A program made the position numbers and the translations under genes. The notes under the pieces are model-generated. The model was not told the DNA's origin. It did no database searches and was given only the letters and a program-made list of their open reading frames with translations. From Utricularia gibba (taxonomy: Eukaryota > Plantae > Magnoliophyta), in the NCBI GenBank assembly GCA_002189035.1, contig NEEC01000018.1, positions 1,550,001 to 1,614,000 of the forward strand: a stretch of DNA of 64,000 bases. The letters are read 5' to 3'. The stretch's first letter is position 1. The number at the start of each line of letters is the position of its first letter. This document shows positions 51,427 through 63,611 of the stretch, one piece after another.

Positions 51427-52365
51427 TTGCCGATGAAATGAAACCGGAGTTCATGAGAATCCTCAGCATTTATCCGTCTTTTTCCTTTTAATTCATTTCT
51501 CAAAATTGAAGAATCATCATGGCACGTGCTCGCACGTGATGTACGGATTAGGGAGAGAAATTTTCCGGTGATCGGGGAAAGAAACCGGCGTTGTCCAAGA
51601 AGAATTGAACCATGGATCGGCGCTTCCTCCCTTGTAAGATTCGATTCCATTGCCCATTTGAATCAAGCCAAATCGGTGTTTTGTATTTGGCGCAGGGTTT
51701 TGTTAACTGGGAAATCTGTAGCATTTAGGCTTTCATGTAAAGATGCGTTCTTTGGAGGGTATCTCCCTTTTTCCTATATTGCGAATTTGCTATGGAGTAT
51801 TACCATTTCGCTATCTGCATGACATTGAAAATAGTCATAAGATTGCAGAGTTCCTATGCCCATACTTGGAATGCTAGTTACCTTTCTGGATGGATTGTTT
51901 CGACAAAACATGCAGTGTTGGGATAGTGTGACAATAGAAGGCCAACTGTAGTAACACACCGGTATCAGCTACTAAGAGGGAAGCACTATCCGAGAGAGAA
52001 GAGATTGGATGTACTGTCCACAGGAAGGTACATTCTCAAAATGCGTTTGGAAGGTTTGCTTTATCAGCCCTGATAATTCTCCCCTTTTGATTGTTATAGC
52101 AGAATTCTATATGCATGAGCTAGAATGCCGACTGCAAAAACATGGGACAGGCTCCTTACATCAGTTTGTTGTTTTATTTCTGCAACAGAAAGAAGAAATC
52201 ATGACTCCTAACTTGGTTTTGGTAATATGATAAGCTGATCCCTTTTTGGAAAGGATTGTTTCTAAATCTTACACGTTTTCATCAATGCGGCTGTTTTTAG
52301 TGATACATCAACACTTTAGACATCTCTACCTGCGCCTGTATTTCGTGGATCATCTCTGGTTGTCA

Positions 52366-53598
52366 TCATGTTCTCAGTTTTGCTAGCATCTCCTTCACCG
52401 TTTGAATTGTGGAGCCACTCCTTCCTTCATATTCTATCTGGCTCATAACTTGTTCTAATTGCACCTTCTTTGAATGATGTGACCTTGAGTTTCCACCTTT
52501 GTGGCCATCTCTAAGCAGGCGGAGCAATGCTTTTGCTTTGTCTCTTCCATGCTTTGTGCCATCCACGCTCAGTTGGAGTAGTCCCGGCACTGCTCCTTCC
52601 TTTAGAATCACCCCTTTATATCTCTCCGTGCAGCTCTGGCATACCAGCATAAGAATCACCACAGCGTGCTCCTTGCACGCCCTCGTTCCATCCTCGACTG
52701 CCTCAACCAATGCACGGATCATGGCTTGGGATTCTGATACCTGTATTGTTTTTCAATATTCAAGGTGCGTCAGCTTCTTCCCTCCATCCTGAAAGTTGGA
52801 AAACAGGAAAGGTATGCTTTTTCACCTTTTGCAGGGCTACATTTGATACAGAAACGATGGATTCAAGCAAGGCTATTGCCTTCTCCACCAATGCAGAGGA
52901 TTTCTCACTTCCAAGAATCACATGTTCTAACACAGTCACACCTCCAGAATCCGCAACCAGGGGAAATTCTGGTGCAGTGGATAGGTTTTGCAGAGTAGAG
53001 ATTATATCAAGCTTCACCTGATCACTGATGCTATTACCAGGAGAGAACTTGGAGAGCAGGAGCTGAAACAGAAACTGAACCACCCCAGATGACACGATAA
53101 TCGGCTTGTTCTCTGAGCAAGAAGAAAGTATTAGCAAAGCTCCCATAGCATGCTCCAGCAATGATTCATCCTGCCACTGAATGATCTTCAGAACAGCTGG
53201 TATGGCTCCACACTTCGCTATACATAACTTGTTCCTGCAAATATCACATGAAAACCATTATCTTTTCCCCTAGTCATTGTATCTGTATATTCTATCAGAC
53301 ACAACCTTTCACTGCCGCATGCAAGATTGAGCAGAGCAAAGAGTCCAGCCTCAGCACACTCATAGTCATTTACAGCAGCAAGCAGGGAAACCAGGGGAGG
53401 CACAGCTCCCTTTTCGACTAGTTTTCGTCGCTGCTTCGTATCGAGTTTTCCAATCTCTCTGGCTGCCACTATCCGATCTTCTCTTCCACCATTTACGAGT
53501 GCTTCCACCATGGCCACTTCCATTGCTTCTTCTCCTCGAGGTTGTTCCAACAAAATGGTAGCTGGGGTGGTAAATGCAGCAACGGATTGCTTCTGCAT
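52366..53598 (-). CDS. ARM-repeat protein (At5g14510-like; no U-box seen), 3 exons; start 53598 or 53523
   Basis: AAREIGKL..KQRRKLVEKGAVPPLVSLL, LFALLNLACGSERNK, GALLILSSCSENKPII, EHAVVILMLVCQSC and GAVPGLLQLSVDGT armadillo repeats. Confidence 0.85.
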
Positions 53599-54369
53599 AA
53601 TGCAAAGGGCGCGACTTTATACTTGAAGAGATCAAAGATCAGATCTTTTCCCCTTTTCGTTGTTTGAATTAGAAGCAACGCACCTTCTTCTTCCTTAGTT
53701 TTCAACCGAATCCAATTTCCCTCTTTGGGCGCAAAACCGTTGGGAAGTTAACGGGTACTTCTCCGTATCTAACCAAACGGCCATGAGTTTGGAATTTGTG
53801 ATTTACACAATATTATTTATTTTAAATATTTATTAGATATTATTTTATTGTTAATTTAGAATATTTTTAAGTGATCATATATGTGCATCATAATAAAATT
53901 ATTATTCTCCAAACAAAAAAAATTATAAAATAAGAATGGATACATGTTTAAAGTATTTTTAAAAATAATTCTTGTAGAATAGATATTTAAAATATAATAA
54001 AATTAAAATTAATTTTTTAATAGTAAGTGAGATAAATATTTTAAATTTATTTTATTAAATCAAGAATTAGTTTTTTTTAGCAAATAATTAATTTTCCAAA
54101 AGGTGATTAAATATTGGATAATGATTGTAATCCTGAAATTGGGCCGACGCCCAATGAGTCCAAATTTTAAGGCCCAATAAGATTGGTACGGAATGATTTG
54201 AATGGCTGTAAAACTTTTCATCATATCCAGCTGGTTTGAGCTTCTGCTTATTCGAGGTTCGAGTTCCATGTCCTGGACTCTGGAGATTGGAAATTCGTCA
54301 CCGAGTTTGATCTTGGTGGGAGGATTTGGATTCTCGAATTCCTATTCTCGGTATTGATATTGAGAAAAA

Positions 54370-56454
54370 ATGCAAGCTTTTGCTGTTGGCCGTGAGTGTG
54401 GGTGTATGCATTCTTCGTTGATACCTGGTTTTGATTTGGAAGTACTGTCGGTTACTTCATTTGGGGATTCAGGAAAAGTGTTATCAAGATGTTTCGGCGG
54501 TTTTCGAAGTGGGTGTTGCAGGAAACTTGAGTTGAAAGGCAAATTGTTTCCTGTTTATCGAATGGGTTGCGTTGGTTTGTTGTCGAATCCGAAGAAAGGT
54601 TCTCTTGCTTCGTTTTCCTTGACATGGGCAATGGAGACGCTTTCCGTTTCCACCGGTTTGAATGATGAAGAATCACAGTCAGGCCGAAAAGATGATTCCC
54701 AAAGAAGTGATGTTGCGTGTTTGGATGATAGGGATGTTGAAGGGGAAGGTGGGGAAGATTCTGGGACTGGGGATTCTGCTAGAATTGATGTCCGTGCGCT
54801 TGGGATGAAGCTGCAGACTGCTCAAACTGCTGATGATGTTGAAGAACTTCTTGGGGGTAACATCATCCTTCCCCTGCAGGTTTATTCAACTGTGATCTGT
54901 GGTTTGGGAAGGGAAAAGAAGCTAGAATCAGCAATGGCGGTTTTTGAATGGCTTAGGAGAAAAAGAAAAGATACTGATGCTTCCTTAAAGCCGAATCTCT
55001 TCATCTACAACAGCCTTTTGGGGGCAATGAAACGAGCAGAAAAAGCTGATCATGTTGAGGAGCTAATGGTAGATATGGCAGCCGAGGATGTTCATCCGAA
55101 CGTTGTGACATTCAACATTTTGATGGGGATTTACATAGAGCAAGGAGAAGAACTGAAGGCTGTTGAGCTTTTTCATGAGATGCAGATGAAAGGTATAGCT
55201 CCTTCTCCTGCATCTTATTCTACTGTTTTGAATGCTTATCGTAGAATGGAGGATGGATTTGGGGCCTTGGCGTTTTTTGTGGAGACAAGAAAACGCTACT
55301 GCAATGGTGAAGTTGTGAAGGGAGATGATGGAGAATGGGATTATGAATACCCCAAGCTTGAAGATTTCACCATCCGTATTTGCTATCAAGTGATGCGGCG
55401 TTGGCTTGTGGGAAAAGAGAATTTGAGCACTGAGGTGATCAAACTTCTGAAAGAAATGGATAAGTCTGGATTGGCACTGGATCGTGAGGGCCTCGAAAAG
55501 CTTATATGGGCGTGTACACAGCAAGAACACAGTGCTGTGGCTAAAGAACTGTATCTTAGGATTAGGGAAATGGACATGGAAATCAGCTTATCTGTCTGCA
55601 ACCATGTGATATGGTTAATGGGGAAGGCTAAGAAATGGTGGGCAGCCTTGGAAATCTATGAGGATATGTTGGACAGAGGGCCAAAGCCAAACAACATGTC
55701 GTATGAACTGATCGTTTCCCATTTCAACATTCTGCTTACTGCAGCAAGAAAGAAAGGAATCTGGAGATGGGGAGTGAAGCTTCTCAACAAAATGGAGGAA
55801 AAAGGTCTGAAACCAGGCAGCAAGGAATGGAACTCTGTCCTCCTCGCCTGTTCCAAGGTTGCTGAACCCTCAGCCGCCATTGAGATATTCAACAGAATGG
55901 TTGAAAACGGAGAAAAGCCAACGATTATCTCCTACGGGGCGCTTCTCAGTGCTCTAGAGAAAGGAAAGCTTTACGATGAAGCCATTCAAGTATGGAAACA
56001 CATGAAGAAAATGGGAGTTGAGCCAAATCTATATGCTTACACAATCATGGCTTCTGTTCATGCTTGCTTGGGAGAATTCGAGATTGTGGATTCCATCATC
56101 AGGGAAATGTCCAGCTTTGGAATTCAGCCAACAGTTGTCACATTCAACGCCATAATCAGTGCTTCTGCAAGGACAGATCGTGGGAGTTCAGCATATGAAT
56201 GGTTTCAGCGTATGAAAGCCCAGAACATAGCTCCCAATGAGATCACCTACGAGATGCTGATCCCGGCTCTGGCAAAAGATGGGAAGCCAAGGCTCGCATA
56301 TGAACTGCATCTGAGAGCTCTGAATGAAGGCCTCAGGCTTTCGGCCAAAGCCTATGATGCCGTCATTCTATCAGCAGAAATGTTCGGTGCTACAATAGAC
56401 GCCGGCGCGCTCGGCCCCCGGCCACCCAAAACTGTACGATCCAGGCAAGCCTGA
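54370..56454 (+). CDS. LPE1: P-class PPR protein, LOW PHOTOSYNTHETIC EFFICIENCY 1-like (At3g46610), intronless
   Basis: 694-aa ORF with PPR repeats plus KWWAALEIYEDMLD.GPKPNNMSYELIVSHFNILL.AARKKGIWRWGVKLLNKMEEKGLKPGS.EWN. Confidence 0.85.
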   Translation: MQAFAVGRECGCMHSSLIPGFDLEVLSVTSFGDSGKVLSRCFGGFRSGCCRKLELKGKLFPVYRMGCVGLLSNPKKGSLASFSLTWAMETLSVSTGLNDEESQSGRKDDSQRSDVACLDDRDVEGEGGEDSGTGDSARIDVRALGMKLQTAQTADDVEELLGGNIILPLQVYSTVICGLGREKKLESAMAVFEWLRRKRKDTDASLKPNLFIYNSLLGAMKRAEKADHVEELMVDMAAEDVHPNVVTFNILMGIYIEQGEELKAVELFHEMQMKGIAPSPASYSTVLNAYRRMEDGFGALAFFVETRKRYCNGEVVKGDDGEWDYEYPKLEDFTIRICYQVMRRWLVGKENLSTEVIKLLKEMDKSGLALDREGLEKLIWACTQQEHSAVAKELYLRIREMDMEISLSVCNHVIWLMGKAKKWWAALEIYEDMLDRGPKPNNMSYELIVSHFNILLTAARKKGIWRWGVKLLNKMEEKGLKPGSKEWNSVLLACSKVAEPSAAIEIFNRMVENGEKPTIISYGALLSALEKGKLYDEAIQVWKHMKKMGVEPNLYAYTIMASVHACLGEFEIVDSIIREMSSFGIQPTVVTFNAIISASARTDRGSSAYEWFQRMKAQNIAPNEITYEMLIPALAKDGKPRLAYELHLRALNEGLRLSAKAYDAVILSAEMFGATIDAGALGPRPPKTVRSRQA

Positions 56455-57402
56455 TCTCCACCGGAGGTCATACTCCATGTATATGAGAACTCAAGAATTG
56501 TAAAAAAACAAAGAGCTCAACAACAGGGAGGGTGAACATTTTGATTTGATAGTTCAATATCTAATCGATTATTTAATTTGGCTCTAATGACATCTAGTAA
56601 CGGTCTACACTTATACAATATAGTTAGTTTTGAATATCTAATCTTCATGAATTTATTTTATTTCTTAAAAAGTTATTTCATGAATTTATACAATATAGTT
56701 ACTCATTTTGAAGAAAATGAGTAAAATACATCTTCTCACTCGTTTGTTGTTTTCATGAAATGTCATCTTATTCTATCATTAACATGAGAATGCGTTTGAT
56801 TCTGATACCAAATATCATGACCCATATTCATTTTGTATGATATTATCTACTTTGTACATTTAATCTTAATAAATTTATGTTTTCTTATTTTGAGGAAAAA
56901 AACCTTATACATAATTAGGAGTATCCATTTTATTTAATTACATCCCCTTCTTTATTTGTAAATAATGTAGAATATCGTAACAAAACGCTTGACCCTACAT
57001 ATTTTGGGTTCGAAAATATAAATAATATACATTTTACATCATTCTATCATACTAACATATTTTAGAAATCATAAATCGTCTTCATGTCAAGATGGAAATC
57101 CTGAATCATAACATTTCAATACAATCATTATCGATAACAAAATAGTATCGATTTTGTATAATGAATTTTCTATTATTTTAATAATTAAAAATCTATTTTT
57201 CAAAAAATATTTCTTAAAAAGTGATTCTAATAACTGTATTTGATAAAAAAAAATATTTCTATAGCGATGGGGCCCGCAGCCGGCGATGCATCACTGACGT
57301 AATTGATTGAAGCGGCGTCTCCTCTCCGGAGTCGCTGTTCGGCGGAAGTTGATCAGCGGGCGACGGATTTCCTCGTTAGGCTGGTCAGCCACGTAAGGTG
57401 AG

Positions 57403-58339
57403 ATGAAGAGAATTGTTGAGCGAGGAATTCGGGTTTTCGGGTCGGCTGCTCAGATCCCGCGCCTGACAAAGTTCGCTCTACAGCCTCCGAGATCTGTAAG
57501 CTACGCTACGATTCTCTCTTCGGTTTGATTGCGATTGACTCCGTTTCAACGGTTGCTTCAATTGGTTATTCTTAGGCTTGAAATAGACTGTTATTGTGTT
57601 CATCAGCTTGGTTCTTGGCGATTTTTGGTACTCTTGATTGTTACCCTAACATACTGTAGTATATTTGTTTACGTGGTAGCTCTTGTATTCATGGTATGTT
57701 GAATTGTGACTTGAAGTATGCACTTCAGGTAGAGGTTGATTTTGATGATGGGAGTGCGTACACCCTGTCCGCAGAGTATTTGAGAATATACAGCCCAGCT
57801 GCAGACAGTAGAATCAGATCCATTGCAGGTGAAAAGGTACTTAACTTGGATGGAGGCATTTTTCTGTAGCCTATGTTTCACAAACCTTACTGTGGGGTGC
57901 GTGCAAGGATGATGAAGATGGTCTTTTGCTATAAAAGAAATGGTTGTATTGCAGTGGGTTTCCACTGCCACTTTTCATTATGCATTCCTTTTCACCTTCA
58001 TGGCCTATGATGATATGTAAGCCCCGGTTGTTGCTTAGGTCATCTCCGGTCGCCGCCACGTCGGTATCATGTCTGCAGAAGCTGTGGGAAACTATGGGGT
58101 GAGGTAGCCTGTTCTCATGCTGTTGTTGCCTGTAAGGATCACTTTGATGAGCAACTCTTTTGTAGATTGAACTGTTGAGTGATTGATGCAGGCTTCACTT
58201 TGATGATCTTCACAGAACGGGTATTTTCACATGGGAATATCTTTACTTCCTCGGCTCCAATAAGTTTTCTCTCATGAGGCAGTATATCAGACTGCTGAAG
58301 AAGCATGGGCTTAGCCGGGATCCATCTCGAAGGAAGTGA
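57403..58339 (+). CDS. DUF971 / GBBH-like N-terminal domain small protein (At3g27340-like), 4 exons
   Basis: Spliced MKRIVERGIRVFGSAAQIPRLTKFALQPPRS-VEVDFDDGSAYTLSAEYLRIYSPAADSRIRSIAGEK-VISGRRHVGIMSAEAVGNYGVR-LHFDDLHRTGIFTWEYL...; typical LR..SP.A and GNY...FDD.H.TG motifs. Confidence 0.88.
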
Positions 58340-58487
58340 AACCCGGTTCAACCGGGTTTACAGAGCTGAACCAGTGGCCTGGGTTTCTGTTTTATGTTAG
58401 GTTTTTTGAAATAAAATTTAATTTGATTCTTATTGAAATAAAATCAAGTGAATGTGCCATTGTGCATTTTCCTGTGCCGAAGAAAAA

Positions 58488-59645
58488 ATGGCGTCTGGAT
58501 TAGTCCGGCGAGCGATTTCCCGGTCTTCGTCGTTGGCGCCGGCGGCAAGAGTGGTTCTTGCAAGGCCGCACGCTTCTGAAGCATCGGCGCAGCAAGCGGA
58601 GCCGAAGGCGAAATCTGAGACTTCGCCTAAGATTTTCCAGATCTACCGATGGAGTCCGGATTCGCCGCAGAAACCCGAGCTGCAGAGCTACGAGATTGAT
58701 CTAAAGGACTGTGGTCCGATGGTTCTTGATGCTCTGATCAAAATAAAGAATGAGATCGATCCTACTTTGACCTTCCGTCGCTCATGTCGTGAGGGAATCT
58801 GCGGTTCGTGCGCGATGAACATTGACGGCAGTAATGGATTAGCGTGCTTGACGAAAATATCTTCCGGCGGGACGTCTATGATTTCGCCGCTGCCCCATAT
58901 GTACGTGATCAAGGATCTGGTTGTGGATATGACTAATTTTTATAATCAGTACAAATCAATTGAGCCGTGGTTGAAGAGGAAGAGCCCACCGGCTGAGGAC
59001 GGGAAGGAGAATCGACAGAGTAAGGAGGATCGGAAGAAGCTTGATGGAATGTATGAATGCATTTTGTGTGCTTGTTGTAGCACTTCTTGCCCTAGCTACT
59101 GGTGGAATCCTGAATCTTATTTAGGCCCAGCGGCTCTTCTTCATGCTAATAGGTAAATTTATCCCTCAATCCTTCCACCCTCTTTAGTCAAAAATCCTAC
59201 TTTGGATGTGATATGTGTGCCTGTGACCTGTTACAATCTTAAACGAGACTTGGTATTTCCTCTATGATGCTCCGACTTGATCGTTTGAATGAAAAATAGG
59301 CAATGCTTCCTGAAACTTGAAAACAAATTCATCTGCTTTCTTGTGTAGTCTTGAAACGGAGAATAAAATGATAATTTCTTGGGCTTCGTTCTTTTGTTGT
59401 TTGTTCTGCATGAATTGCAGGACCCCCTTGAAACATTTGTTGACATTCTAGTGTCTTTATTTTGTTGTTGCAGATGGATAATGGATAGTCGAGATGAGTA
59501 CAGAAGGGAGCGGCTTGATGCGGTGAACGATGAATTCAAGTTATACCGGTGCCATACCATTTTGAATTGTGCTACAGCGTGCCCCAAGGGCCTGAATCCT
59601 GGAATGCACATTGCCAATGTCAAGAAACTTCAGCTTACAACCTAA
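58488..59645 (+). CDS. SDH2: succinate dehydrogenase iron-sulfur subunit; exons 58488-59152, 59474-59645
   Basis: [32 protein letters not shown] ([2Fe-2S]), [19 protein letters not shown] and [20 protein letters not shown]; mitochondrial presequence. Confidence 0.97.
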
Positions 59646-60058
59646 GAGGAGGGAGATTCACATGCTGTTATGTGCTTATTTGAACTTAGCAAAGACGTTC
59701 CCCTTTTTAATAAAATGTGCTTCCAAGCTCTTCCTGGCTCCTGTACGTATCAGAAATGTGGAACTTCTGATCCTACTCATAATGGTACTCTCATTTCTGA
59801 AGTTCATTTCTGCAACCTTCTGCAGTTTGAAATCATTCGATAGTATATGAGCTTCTTAGATGAATTTTGCTTTGGAACATGGGATTCATTCAAAGTGTGG
59901 GACAGTAAGAACTGTGGTTTGAAGTTAGGAACCGCACATCAATCCTAATATCCTCAGGCACACTCGGGGCTAGAGGGATACTGAATCTAGTGAGATTAGT
60001 CTTCCTGTGTAGTGATGACGTTTTGGTAGGCTTGCTGCTTGATAATGAATGCTTTTGT

Positions 60059-63000
60059 TTATTTTTCAAGTTGTGGCATCATTGTCTCGGGATTGCGATC
60101 CCATAACCCTGAAGACAAGCTTCTTCTCTTGTACTTGGAGCCTTTGCTTTTTTTCCGGCGACCTCTTCGACCAGAGACCATCACCAACATCACTAAAGCA
60201 AAGCCACAGAATGCAAAAGCCCAGAGTGCAATGATCATGAGCCTCATTGAACCAAAAGTTCGGTTCATCTCTGCAGGAGGAGACAAGTCTTGTGATCCAT
60301 ACTTCATTTCTTTCTCAAGCTTTTCAGATTTCCTCAAATGAACTACTTCACCGGTGGCTTTCACATATTCTTGTGAGGCTGAGAAGGGAGGGTTAGGAGT
60401 CCCCAGTGTCTGGATGGCTGGTGTGCTTGGATCAGGGCACTTTCTCCTCTCATGGTGAAGCTTTAGAGCCTCATTCAAAGCATTTGCACACTCTATGCTA
60501 AGCAAGTCGCGCTGGAAAAGATCATCTTTAGATGTATCGAGGGATGATCTGTCCGGTGGATCTGGGAATTTTGCCCAACATTTGTTGGCAACATCCAAAT
60601 GTCTCCACTTAGCCTTATCAAAGCTCCAGTTACCAACTCTGAATTCCAGGCCATAATGGAATACTCTGTAGTTTACACCAGGCTCAGGAACATATCCAGG
60701 ATATATCAGTAACTTGTTGCTTATGGTATGTCTCAAGTTCAACTGCATAGGATGAAATATCAATCAGCTGTAAAGATTGGATATTCGATGCATAACGCAC
60801 GCATGATGATGGCTTTAAACATACCTCTGCTGCACCAAAGGAGTAGCCATACATCTCACTAATCCAACCTGATTCATATATATCTCCAGTCATGTTTTTG
60901 GACCAATGGGCCACATCCGCCCTGACTTCTTCCGTTTTGTGCAACCAAAGCAGGGAGAATTTTCTGAGATCACTTATATGCATGATGATCACGCCTCCCA
61001 CCTTGTCACATGACTCGGGATGCCGAGTGTGAATCTTTGCAAGTACATTGTCACAGCCGATCAGGTAGCTAGCACAGAATGATGATAGCATAAGTAATTG
61101 CCCAGAAGATATGTTTGGTTTTCTACACATTCTTACTTGTAAGGTGTGGAGACAGGTCTTCCCTTAGCAGCATTGAATTCCCATGGTGTTATTGTCCCTC
61201 TCATTATCATGTCCGCATCCAGAATCACTATGTATTCGGCATCAACTTTTGCATGATTGAGCCAGTGCACAACAGCTGCAGGCTTGTTTATTGCTGGATA
61301 CCTGTAACACAACAAGCAGCAGTTAGCTCAGGGATGACCCTTTTCTTAACTGGGGTTGGTTTAATCAAGTAAGTGAAGCATCATTTAGGAGTAATGATGA
61401 ATTACCAATCTCCTGTTAGTGGATGACGACTCATGGAAGGAACATAATGGGTGGGAGCAAGATCACGCCCCTGGTATTCCTTCAGATCCTCTTCTGTACA
61501 ACTAAGAAGTCTTGTGATGCCCCCTGGTTGCCCACTTCGGTGGAAGCTGTGAACCAGCCCCACAGTCTGCCAATCAAAGTAAGGAGTGCATTCTGCTGAG
61601 AAAATGGTATGAATCTTTGGATGCGGTTTTCCTGGTGCATCATCAGCCTCTTGCTTATGCACATCAACCTTCCTCATTTGTAAGGTTTTCTGAGACAACC
61701 CTTTAGGCTTTGTGAGTTCAGCGAATGATTTGCTCCTCAAGAAACTCATGTATTTCGACCACTTTGGTTTGGGGCAGCCATGAGCAGCATGATGCAGAAG
61801 CAGGCCCTCATTTAGAGTATTTATGCATTCCATGCTTATAAATAGCCCACGCCTTTGGTTTGGGTCACTTGCCATCTCCTTTATCTACAGAAAACAAAGC
61901 ACAAGAACACTCTGTATAAAAACCCTGGATGATCTGATACAAAATACCAAGCATCAAATCACCTCCCGAGGATAAGGAGGCTCCGGAAAAAGGCGACCGC
62001 AATCGTAAACTATATTGTCTTCGTGATGATCCTGCTTACTGAATGACCAATTACCAATGCTATAAGGCAAGCCATAATGTAGAAGAATGGGCTCAACGCC
62101 CTCACGAGGAATATAACCAGGATAAAGCATCATGTTTTCATTTATTTTGTGCCGAAGCCCCACCTGGTGAAGCTCAGCCAAAGAAAAACACAAATGAACA
62201 TGTGTTGGGAGGATGAGTAGGAGAACCCTGAAGCATATATAATGATCAAGTAAAAGGCACAGAAATGCACAAATGGCGAAAACGATGGTACCTCTGCAGC
62301 TCCATATGAGTATCCATACATTTCACTTATCCACCCAGATGAATAAATATCACCAGTGTAATTGGTGGCCCAATGAGCTCTATCTGCTCGCACTTCTTCA
62401 GTCTTTGATAGCCACATGGGTGCCAAAGCTCGAAGATCATCAATGTGCATTGCCAGAAGCCCACCAACTTTGTCACAGAGCTCAGGATGTGTTGTGTGCA
62501 GTTTAGCAAGAATGTTATCACAACCAACCAAGTATCTGGTCAACAGATGATTCCCAAAGAGATATTATTATTGCAGAAGTTTCAGCTACATAAGAAATTT
62601 TAAAGAATGGCAACCATTACCCGTAATATGCAGCAACAGGTCTTCCTTTCTCTGCTCCAAGCTCCCAAGGTATAATCGGTCCTCTAACTATCATATCCGC
62701 ATCAAGAATAAGTACCCAGTCAACATTCTGGGCATCTTTGCTATGTTGGAGCCAGTGAAGAACACCAGCCGGCTTATTAATTGCTGGATACCTGTAGCAA
62801 CCCATCAATGCCAGGAGTACTTGAACATGTGGATCAACTATAACAGCTCGAACACAAGAGCACAGAACCATTGAAATGAATAGTATCGTGTACAAGCTAC
62901 AGAAAGCTTTGTAGAACATCATGGGAAGCTAAGCATCTAATTCATGTCAGAAATGATGCTCAAAAAGCTTACTTTGGAACCTCAAATTTTGAACTTTTCT

Positions 63001-63611
63001 GAAACAAAATTTTGAGGAGTATCAGTCTTGAAACAAAAATAGAAGACACATAGTCAAGGTTGCACAATGCAGAGCAACCAATAGAAACTTGAGGATGTGT
63101 GATCCCTGAGGTTCCTAAACTCATTGGAGAATAAAAACTATCTCGAGCACCTGATCTCAATCAATGGAAAAATGGAGGAAGGATCTGTAACTCTGATCCA
63201 TCAAAACTTTCTGGGTTTTTTTGCAGTTTCTATAACTCAAGTATGCAATGCACGATGTCCCAGTAACTACAGAGGAAGTAAAACTCACCAGTCACCAGTC
63301 TTGGGGTGCCTGCTCATTGAAGGAACCCGAAGCGTCGGCGCCAAGTCTATACCTTTGTAACTCTTCATCTCTCGATCAGTACAACTGAGAAGCCTCGTCA
63401 CGGGACCCGGTTGCCGGGCCTTACGAAGACTGTGCATGAGTCCCACCGTTTGCCAGTCGAAGTAATTCTGACACTCCACAGAGAACAACGTGTGGATCCT
63501 GTACGGCGGAGACCCCAACGCCACCGGCCCACTCCCTCCTCCATCGGCGACTCCGCCGCTCATCGACAAAACCACCACCACTAAGAAACAGATAACCATC
63601 GCCATTTCCAT
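60059..63611 (-). CDS. SGT1: peptidyl serine alpha-galactosyltransferase (At3g01720-like, GT96), multi-exon
   Basis: Signal anchor MEMAMVICFLVVVV. Two copies of IHT.FS.EC..YFDWQTVGL.HS...PG..TRLLSC, MSRHP.TGDW-YPAINKP, ILDADMI.RG and GWISEMYGYS.GAAE. C-terminal TM helix and basic tail. Confidence 0.92.

Noticed and set aside
56500-57260. AT-rich spacer as a possible TE
   Set aside because: No termini, TSD or coding remnant found.
4919-63611. Cell-wall 'cluster' (CDI, CSE, peroxidase, CSLC4, SGT1)
   Set aside because: The genes are scattered among unrelated housekeeping genes and belong to different pathways, so this is not a biosynthetic gene cluster.
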